The position numbers and the translations under genes are program-made. Positions 54,393-64,000 of a DNA stretch of 64,000 nucleotides are shown piece after piece. Under the pieces are notes generated by a model, which saw only the letters and a list, made by a program, of their open reading frames with translations, ran no database searches and was not told where the DNA came from. Numbering within the stretch: the stretch's first letter is position 1; every line of letters begins with the position of its first letter. The stretch is from Epiperipatus broadwayi (lineage: Eukaryota; Animalia; Onychophora), in contig JAQFVV010000003.1 of assembly GCA_028023455.1 (NCBI GenBank), forward strand, positions 18,910,001 through 18,974,000, written 5' to 3'.

Positions 54393-57300
54393 TACAAAGT
54401 AAATATTAAATGATAATAATTTGTAAATGTTGAAATTTATAAACCCTTAGACACTTAACTCTGGAATTTAAATCTTTAAATAAACTTCAAGATAATTTTT
54501 TTTTAATAATAAATAATATAAATCTAGCAAGGAAAAAAAAGAAGACAAATTCTAATAATAATGTTTAAGAAAGCTGTCAATTCTTATAGTAACAATGTTG
54601 TTTGTTACTTTGAATAAGTTTAAAAACTTTCCATTATAAAATATTTTTAAGATATTAAAGTATGAGGTTCTTAATATAATAACTTTAATGGACTTTTCAT
54701 ATAGTTTAGGTATTCAGTACAATCTAATAAAGAATATCTCAAATATCTTTTACTATTTGAAATCTAAGAGATTCAATACTATAATGGATTCTACAATCTA
54801 TTTTATTTTATACAGACATTTTATTTCAAAAAATATGCAATCACAAGAAATTAAAACAAAGTAATCAAACAATTTTATTATTGAAAGTGATTTTTTAAAA
54901 TTATTATTTAAGTCAAATAGCTTAGTTTAACTTTAAAAAAAACAACAACAGAGAATACCATTTTGTTAAAACTTGCCAAAAATATATTCATTTTTATGTC
55001 AGAAGTATTATACAGATACAATTCAATAGATTTTTTTCTAGTTTAATTTATTGAAAATGGTCATTTTTATTTGCTCTTAAAAGATGTAGACTGAGATAGT
55101 TAATTTCAAATTAGATTACTTTAAATAATGTTTTATAATATTTTCTCTTTTGCAGTCACAGTAAAATTTATTTCATTGCTGATAATGGATAAAGATAAAA
55201 AAATTCATATTTATTAAAACTTAAAATTTCAATGTATTAAATGTTCAATATTTTCAGATAGTTTTTATATGTAACAAATTATATTTTTTACATTTATTTA
55301 CAAAGCTTTTTATTGTTATTCCAGATGGTTTAAACTATGCAATAATCCTTTTCAAAATTTCAAATAGCCTTTACTTAGGGCATGTCAATCTTGTTTTTAG
55401 ATTTCTGAGGTCTACTAAATATTCATCCTTTTTACATTATATTTATATTAATAAAATACTGTATTTTTTTTTTTTTTGGTCCTTTTTGTTAAAATGTCCT
55501 TTATTATTATTGTTGCTTCTTATATATTAAAAGTTTGAACCTCTGAAAAAGACTACTAAGACTTTGAAATTGCAATTGTAAAAATAGAAAGTGCAAAAAA
55601 GAGATACAATATTTTTTTATAGAAAACAATGTGAGACAATTTTTAATAGAATGTCTTTAAAACAAAATGGCACTGCAAAAAGTGTTAATTAAGGTAAGAT
55701 AAATATTTCCTAATTATTAAGTGCTTGAAATTCTGAAGAAAGAATACTGGTAGACAATTGAAACTATAATGGCAAAAACAATAATAAAAGACAATATAAA
55801 ATTAAGAAAGTTCAAAAAAGAATTCTATTTTATTACTTAAGATTTCAAGACACTTTATGAATATGTATGTACAAAATCGCTCTAAAATTAGAAATTGTTT
55901 TATAATTCAATGTTTGAAACTATGCTATAACTGACATATTATTAAATTAAGCCAAAAAATTTGGTTTAATGTAAATATTTCATAGTCTGATCTTTCAGAT
56001 AATATTTTTATTTATATTAAATAATATTTTTTGATGTGCAGTTTTGACTTGATAATTTTAATTCTTATAAATGATATAAACTTATAATATACAATATTTA
56101 AAAACTTGAATTATTGATATTTTAAAACAATGTAGATTTTGTTTTTAAACTTCACCATAACCAGTCATGTGATCCATTGTTCAAGTCACCTGTATAGAAT
56201 GAATTGATCTCTGTGAAAACATTTAGTGATTTTTAAATAAGTAAATGGTTGTTGTGATTGTATTAGGTGACCATAGTAACCAAATGATCTATTATAAACA
56301 ACTTAAATAGTAAGCTTTCAAGTGCTTATTTTAAGTATGTAACATTTATGCATTTCAAATTATTAAAATGTAGATCAAATTTTAGTTCACTTTACATATA
56401 TATATAATTAACATATTTTGTAAATATAAATAATGCTAAATCATCTCTAAATAGTGTGTCATTAACACATTGTATGATTGTAAAAAAAAATATAGGTAGT
56501 ATTTTTTCAAATCAGATGGATTTTTAAATATTAAAAAAATAATGGTCATTTTCTCAGGAGATCAAATAATGTTTGAGCAACAAAATAATTTATCATCAGT
56601 AATTTACTTCAATTGATCATACAGAGAATTTTTTTTTTTTTACTTAGCTAGAAATCGATGCCATAACTTACCTCTTGAGTCTACTAGAATCATCATTATG
56701 CTAACCAACTTGAAGCATTTAAAATGAGGATTTCAATTTAAAGTTATCATATTGTTTGTGTATATTTACACTATGTATATATAGACAAATCATAAAATGT
56801 AGTTATGGTTTTCATATGAGACTACTGTATTACAAAATATGGGAAAGTAATCTCAAGGCTCGTATTCAGTTGAAATATGCATTTTACTGGTTAGTGCTCC
56901 TTTGTATTCATCAGTTATGTTGTCTGTAAATTGATGTGGATAAATGGACAGTTTATAAATGTAATTCAGAAATGTTGTCTGCAGATTTTATGATTTGTTT
57001 TTAAATAGGGTAGGTTTTTTTTTTTTATGACATATTTTAAGTGAAATTTTACTAATTAAATATACATATATTTTTATCACTAATGAATTTGATGGAAAAA
57101 ATAATTATGTAGAAATGTATATAACATTTTTTAAAATTTTCTCTGGATTATCTTTTATTCTTAATTATTAGTAAAAAGTAGACATTTTTTCAATTGTATT
57201 TTTTATTGTTGTTATTACAATAATTGTGACCATGTCAATTTTTAACATTTAACAAAATGTCTTATGATCATTTTTTTTAAAATATATAGTGAAACTTCTA

Positions 57301-57836
57301 TTTATCATTTCTGTATTTCTTGGATGCTTTCTTTTATCCCAAAACTGAAAGGGAAAAAGGTTTCCTTATTTTATTGTTTTTTTTGGTATCATTTTTTTTT
57401 TTTCTAGTCTCTTGTAAAATGATAGATGGAGTTTTTACTTTTATATTTAAATCCAGAAAATTGCTTCAAGCATGTTATAGCAGAGTCATTTAAGAAAAGT
57501 ATTATATATGATCAAATAATGCTGTTGTAAACCATATTGTGGCCTACTTTTTTAATAAAGTGAACTTCATTTTAAACTTACAAAATGAAATAAAAATTTA
57601 GTGTATGTGTCTCAAATTATAAATTATTACAATAATTATTAAAAGGCCTTTCTGATCATGCTTGTAAACATTTTATTTCTGTGGAGCATTTGTTGTCAAT
57701 ACATATACACAATATAGTTACTACATTTTTTTAAGAAAAAATATATATATGCATATATTAACTAGAATTATTTTTTATAATTATTTATTTGACTTTCTTA
57801 TGTAAATTTTATTTTATTTAACTATGATTAAATCAG

Positions 57837-57913
57837 AATTGAAAGTAAACATGAAGTTACGATTTTAGGTGGATTAAATGAATTTTGTGTCAAATTTTTT
57901 GGACCTAAAGGCA
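57837..57913 (+). CDS. UBE2H: UBE2H coding exon 2 ([25 protein letters not shown])
   Basis: 77-nt exon preceded by aatcag and followed by gtaagt. The translation matches UBE2H and the frame agrees with exons 1 and 3. Confidence 0.96.
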
Positions 57914-58034
57914 GTAAGTTAATATCTTATTTAATTTTTTTTTATAAATTAACTGTGTATTTTTAAAATTTTGTTTCATTAATTTTTTTTTTTTTAGTCT
58001 TAAGTGTATGGTTAAATTTGACTTTTTTTTTCAG
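57914..58034 (+). other. UBE2H intron 2, U2-type, 121 nt
   Basis: GTAAGT donor and a T-rich tract plus CAG acceptor. The reading frame is preserved across it. Confidence 0.93.
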
Positions 58035-58109
58035 CACCATATGAGGGAGGTGTTTGGAAAGTTCGAGTTGACCTTCCAGAAAAATATCCTTTCAAATCAC
58101 CATCAATAG
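58035..58109 (+). CDS. UBE2H: UBE2H coding exon 3 ([26 protein letters not shown])
   Basis: 75-nt exon after a poly-T tract and CAG, followed by gtatga. It encodes the E2 core motif PYEGG..W...YPF.SP. The gene is incomplete: no exon encoding the NK..HPNID segment was found in 58110-64000. Confidence 0.96.
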   Translation, partial: HHMREVFGKFELTFQKNILSNHHQ

Positions 58110-61100
58110 GTATGAAGTTTACTTTTATTTTATTTAAAAACTTAAATGATTTTGAACTATGGTAAGTAAATTAAGATTATATTTTTTGAAGATTTTTTTG
58201 TTATTAAAATGACAGCTTTAAAATTATCATAATTGTTATTGCCCCGTTTTAAAGGTTGTTTTAAATTGAAGAAAGTTTTTTTTTATTATTATCAAATGTA
58301 TGTAAATTTTCATTAATTTATAAATTATCAGTATTAATAATTTTTTATTTATGAATTGTTTCTATTATATATATTTTTTCCAAATAATCAGTTAATTGAT
58401 ATATTGATTGTCATGCAAAGTGCATTTATTTATTAGATATTTTTGAGATGCATAATAAAATTTTCCATATAGTATATGGGAATAGTTTAATTATTGCTTT
58501 CTTCCTCATAGTTTGAAATATTTTACTATTATCATAACAGTGATGATCTTTTGCTAACATCATGTATCATTATCCCCAAATGTAGATAATGATGAGACAA
58601 AAAAAAAAAAAACAAGTTAAAAAAAACGTAAAGTAAGAAAAATAAGATTTAAAAAAGATAATGACTCTTTAAGATTTTTTAGAGGGAAGAAAGTGAAATT
58701 CATAAAGAATAAAGATTTTTACTAGAGGATATAATTAGTTTTGGTATTTTATTTGATATATGTATAGCATAGAGACTATTGAACTTTAATTTAAAAAAAA
58801 ATATATAGTATATATGTTTTTGTACAGTTGGTTCATTAATTCCAATATTTACAAATTAGCATCCTCATACTCTTTTTTTCTATATTCATATTGAAGTGAA
58901 AATAACTTGTATATATAATAGTATAATGCTTGACAAATAATAAGTGAAATATATATATATAATGAAATATGGTTCACAGAATCTAACACAATTTGTAAAG
59001 CAAATAATAATTGATTTATTTCAGTGTTTTGAATGTTAGCTAAGAAGAGGTTTTATTCAGTATATATGTAAACAATGGCTGAGTGTGCTTTTGGCTGGTG
59101 AAGCCAGATTCATAATTTAAATAGGAGTAAACACAAAAAAATAAAACTATAGTTACAATATTGTTAATTTGAGATTGATATTCTTATATCTCTTTTAGTC
59201 TGGATTTTATTGCAAGAGGGCCATTTAGTCTTTTATGATTTCCAGACATTATTATTTCAGCATGAATTACAATTGTTTTTGAAATCACTAAGGCATTTAT
59301 TAATTATTTACTATTTTTTATTTTTTTATATTATCAACTAAACACTCTTTTTCAATAAAATACAATATACATATAATGAACAAAGGATGTAATATTCTTG
59401 ATTTAATTCACTAATAATGATTACTAACATTTGTAGTTAAATTAAACAACACTATTCTTTCTTTCATTCTCCATTTTCTTTTATCTTAATGTCATATTTA
59501 GCTTAATGTATGGATTATCATCATGAACTTCTCGTGCCATCACTTATTTTTTTGGACTAACATTGACATGGAATTTTGAGTAGCAATTCCAACGGCAATC
59601 TTTTTATTTTTGATTTCTAACTTATTATTCTTTCATTTTTCTATCTTTATTATTATTATTTTTCTGAAGTTATAAATTAGTTGCAAATGTTGATAGTCTG
59701 TAAATTTAGCTATGGTTTCTTGGATTTATTAAATATATACTCATTGGTTGTGAGCCTGCAAAAAAACAAGCACTTCATGTTAATACTTTGTACTGACACA
59801 TGTCACTTGATTTTTCAGCTTAGTATAGTATGTTTTCTGACAATAGAAAATAATCCCGGATAATATATCATAACTGTTGCTCATGAAAAGTCTTCATTTT
59901 ATCATGCTCATGTTTAATAAAAGGAATACATCATAATAATGTTAAAATATTTACCTAAAAAGATTTCTAAATTCTTTCACAAAGGAATATTTTTAAATAA
60001 CAAAAAAAAAAAAAACATTTATGTACTAAAAAATAATTCAGACTTAAAATATCTACATTTATTTTAAAAAATTGTTAAATATTAATATGAAAGTAATTTA
60101 ATTTAACAATTCAAGCATTTTGTAAATTGATAAAGGACAGATGTTTACATTTGACAGCATTCTTTGTATTTGCATGTTTATTGCAATCCATAATAGTTTT
60201 AGTTAAATTATTATTAGTATTAGTTAAATTTTTTTATGTTTCAAGAATATATTTTATTGACCAAAAGATGTGTTACATAGGTTTTACAAAGTTTTTGCTG
60301 GGGTTAGAAAAGCATTTCAAGTATATCAAACATAGTATGAATTAGAATGATATTGCTTGCAGTAATAGTGGAATGAGTTTAAACGATAGTTTATTATTAT
60401 ATAAATTTGTTAACATAACTGATTACAGTACAGTTATATGAACGTAGATTTTATATAATTATTTCATGATGTAGAAGCTTTGATATGGGTAATTATAAAT
60501 GATTATCATTAATGATGCTGTTTTTGTACAGCATAACCTAGGATATAAAAAAATTATTCATAACATTTGCATGAAAGTTCATTTGTCTGAAGTTTTACTT
60601 CTATTTTGCATATGTTATTGGCAGTTGCAATGAATTATTTCAATGCAAATGGTGCATTATTATCACTATGTTCTGTTAAATATAATTCACTTTGTTAGTT
60701 TGCCCATTTCATTTATCTTTTTAAGTGATGATTTATTTTTATGGAAAGTAATTTTATCAATAATAGCTAAATTTAAATAATTGATTTTTAAAATACTTGA
60801 ACTGAAAAACTGTTTTTATATAACAGAGAATTTTAATATACATGCATGTTTACTTCTATCATACATGATTTATTTATTTTTTTAAAAAATTATTTGATTA
60901 ATATTAAATTCTTTTAATATGCAGAATTAAAATTGCTCTTTTTTTAAAAATGTATATGGAATAATTTTAATGTGTGATTTGAATATTGTTTTATTAGTCA
61001 TATTGTTTGAGGAACTTAGTTTTATTTTGTCTAATAATGTCTTTGATAACAGTTAGTATGCTTTGTTTAAAGCTGTGTTTGATTAAATTTTGATTAATGA

Positions 61101-62809
61101 ATGGAATTAAAGTTTAGAAAGTAATAAATCAATTTTAACTCATATCTCATAATTGCTAAATTAAAAATAATAGAGGGTAAAAAAACAATTTTACTAATTA
61201 AAAAATGATAAATTGCATATTTGAATTTGCTTTTAATGTAAAGCTGCTTTGCATTTAAATTTAGTTTCATGCTTTTATCTTCAATGCTTATGACTTAGAA
61301 TTCAAAACCAAAACTTGAGAAATTTTTATAGGTTATAAACAAGGTTCATCATAATAAACAACTATATAAATTGATAAAAGATTGATAGATTTGTAATTCT
61401 TAATATATTCTTATTCTTCTTTATTTTTCTTAAATATCAACATTACTATGCAGTTTCTGTAGTGATGTGATACTGTTATATCAACATGTAGACATTTTAT
61501 ATATAGATACTTATTATTCATCATAATGATTGGTTCTAGGGAAATAATGTGACAATCTAATTCATGAAGAATGGGACCAAATTCCCATAGGAATAATGTT
61601 ATTGCTCAGTTGGTACCATAACACAATGAAACTGATATTTACCGTTTACTTATTAAAAAAGCAAGTCATATATAATGTGACATTATTTTTATAAATTTAC
61701 AAAAATGCAATACAAAGACTTATTAATTAAGAGCTTATTTGGTACGCTCTCTGTATTACTGTTTACTTTTATATATTAAACTGTATTTGATTAATAATAT
61801 TTCATTATATTTAAAAAGATAAGTAAAGATTCAATTCATTTTATTTAAATGCAACATAACTGTTTATATCCAGTTACAGATTGCAAAACTAATTCAATAT
61901 TTTATTTTTTTTAAATTCAAAAATTAGATTGAAGTTGTCTCATGTTAGTTATAACCATGAGATGATTCAATTCGTTAGAAAAGTGTAGAATGCTCACAAA
62001 GTTTGACAATGAAAGAAAAAGATGATTGTGAGCAATGAAGTGATTGAATTTCATCATCTTAATAAGTAACATATTTTTGAGCAGCCTGAAAAACTAAACA
62101 GATGATAGATCATTCTGGAGAAGTAGTATTCATATGATCACTAGGAATCATCAATTTTGACAGCATTTAATAATAATAATAATAATAATGTAATATTAGA
62201 ATACATGATTATTTTGATAAGAGATAATTTAGAAATCAGAAGCTCATAATTATCAAAAATTTTATTTTTTTTGGAATATAAATATTAATTGTAATTGCTA
62301 TTTTTTTAATATATAAAATGCTTCATTTAAAAGATTCATTGATATTATTGGAAAAAAAAATGAAATGTAATATTTTTTATTAAATTATTAGATTGATGAG
62401 AACCAGTATGTGATGCAAATTTGTTCTCTAACATGGGAACTAGTGGGAAGGACTTGTGTACTGAAATAGGAATAGGCATCTCTATTGATGCTGATTCTCA
62501 TTTAAATATAATCTTACTGACATTGTAATTTATGCAGGATCACAAAATTAGCAGGAAAGGAAATCTTAATAGCTCTAAAACCATCATAAAAAATAGCACC
62601 AGTTATTTTTAGAAACTGATGCTATCAGTGATTTTGGTAGAACTCAGAGAATACTAGAAAATCAAATTATTACAAGGATTATTTTGTAAAAAGTGAAAAA
62701 TGGTTGTCATAGTTTCCATTTGAAATAATTCTTAAGATAGATGTTAAATAGTCTTTCATTAAAATTGTTTATGTTCGTTTCTTCTATATGTGTATAATAT
62801 ATATCTATA

Positions 62810-63660
62810 CACACAGATGTCCCAAAAGAATTGTGTTTATTAATTAAACTTTTTTTAAATTTACTGATTTTATAATTTGTATAAGCCCTGGAGAGAAGAA
62901 TAGATACAGTAATACTTCATATTACGTGCATGAAAGGTGCATTATTTCAAATGTTGAAAATGTTTTTCATTTTACTCAAGGCACTGCTGAATTAAAACAA
63001 AAAAATGATCTATAAACATCAATTAATGCTATGTTTCAATTATGCAATTTTTTCCGTTTTTTCCTCTAGCTGTTGTATAAGGATTGTAAGTTTCATACCA
63101 TATGCTTTGACTTTTGGGAAACACCATAGATAATAAACAATTAAATGATATTAACTTCTGGTGAATAGATTTTTCAAGTGATCTTTGTATTACCATTTCA
63201 ATAAAAAAAAACCTAATCAAATCTTTGTTGATATACTCACATCCATTAATATGAATTGTTTACACATTATTATGTATATTTACAGTGTTGATTGTTTAAA
63301 TCAGGTCAAACAATTTAATTGATAAAAAATTTTTCTTTTTCTGGATTAATATCATTTAAACAAAATTCATCTTTAGGATAAATCTTCATTTAGTGCATAT
63401 ATTATTGAAAAAGTATGATTTTTTTATTTTGCATGTTTAAAAATGCAACAGACATGTTTTGAGTATGTCGACAGATTTTTTTGATTGCTGTTAAAAATTG
63501 TATAGCACCTCTTGAATTTTTAAGCCATGTAACATGCTTGCTTAAGATCTTTAAGATAATTCTTATGAATATTTTGCACAATATCAGAATTTTTAAATTT
63601 ATTATGGATAAGTAAAATGGTAATTTTGGAGGGGGGGAAATATTTTTGTCCAATTTATTT
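62810..63660 (-). mobile_element. Decayed Tc1/mariner-family element
   Basis: The end TA-CAC(AC)AGATGTCCCAAAAG resembles Tc1-type TIRs. The minus-strand remnant YSPEVN..LFIIYG..KSK resembles the SPDLNP.DF.LWG.LK motif, and an N-terminal HTH-like remnant lies near 63400-63650. Confidence 0.5.
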
Positions 63661-64000
63661 TCCTAGTACCACTTCAAAACATATTTGCACTATTCAAACT
63701 AAAGTCTCTGATTTTTACCTAAAAAGAAAAGAAAAATCATAGTATAAAGTTATGAATAATATAAAGTCTCATATTATAATAGTTAGTACTGCTAACTGCA
63801 GTACTATTTTCTTTTAAATGATAAGCTTTTATAATTATCTAACTTACTAAATCGATTTATAATCTTATTTAAATTGTTACATTAATTGTGATTCACCTCT
63901 TCATATATTAATAAATCACTACATATGTACTTAAAAAGGTTTTCCAGAGATTTCTACAACTTGTTGCTTAATTTATCATTTTCCTTTATTTTCCGAATAA

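Larger units (their letters stand above)
8131..57836 (+). other. UBE2H intron 1, U12-type GT-AG (minor spliceosome), about 49.7 kb
   Basis: The 5' splice site GTATCCTTTT matches the U12 consensus RTATCCTTT. A branch-like TATTTAAC (57815-57822) lies about 15 nt before the AG, with no classical polypyrimidine tract between them. Confidence 0.85.

Noticed and set aside
58560-58600. Possible UBE2H exon 4 (tatcattatccccaaatgtagat)
   Set aside because: It does not translate to HPNID without a frameshift and lacks an acceptor. The similar candidate near 61331 also fails.

Overview
This is very AT-rich eukaryotic DNA, probably from an arthropod with CpG methylation (inferred from the UBE2H protein sequence, the CpG pattern and the TE types). 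One host gene dominates the window: the 5' part of UBE2H (Ubc8/E2-H) on the + strand. Coding exon 1 is 8078-8130, exon 2 is 57837-57913 and exon 3 is 58035-58109; exon 4 was not found and probably lies beyond 64000. Intron 1 (8131-57836, about 49.7 kb) carries minor-spliceosome (U12-type GT-AG) signals. The intron and upstream flank are packed with mostly decayed TEs: hAT, a possible MULE, several LINEs (RTE, RTEX-like, and a CCHC-tailed LINE), a solo-LTR-like element, mariner/Tc1 remnants and at least six foldback/MITE elements with long inverted repeats. A CpG-rich zone (about 6.8-10 kb) surrounds the promoter, while the rest is strongly CpG-depleted. Most ORF-track entries are spurious or TE fragments. 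I found no convincing nested protein-coding gene, structural RNA gene or CRISPR array, and no firm evidence of a wholly new system. The best leads are the giant U12 intron and the foldback element families.
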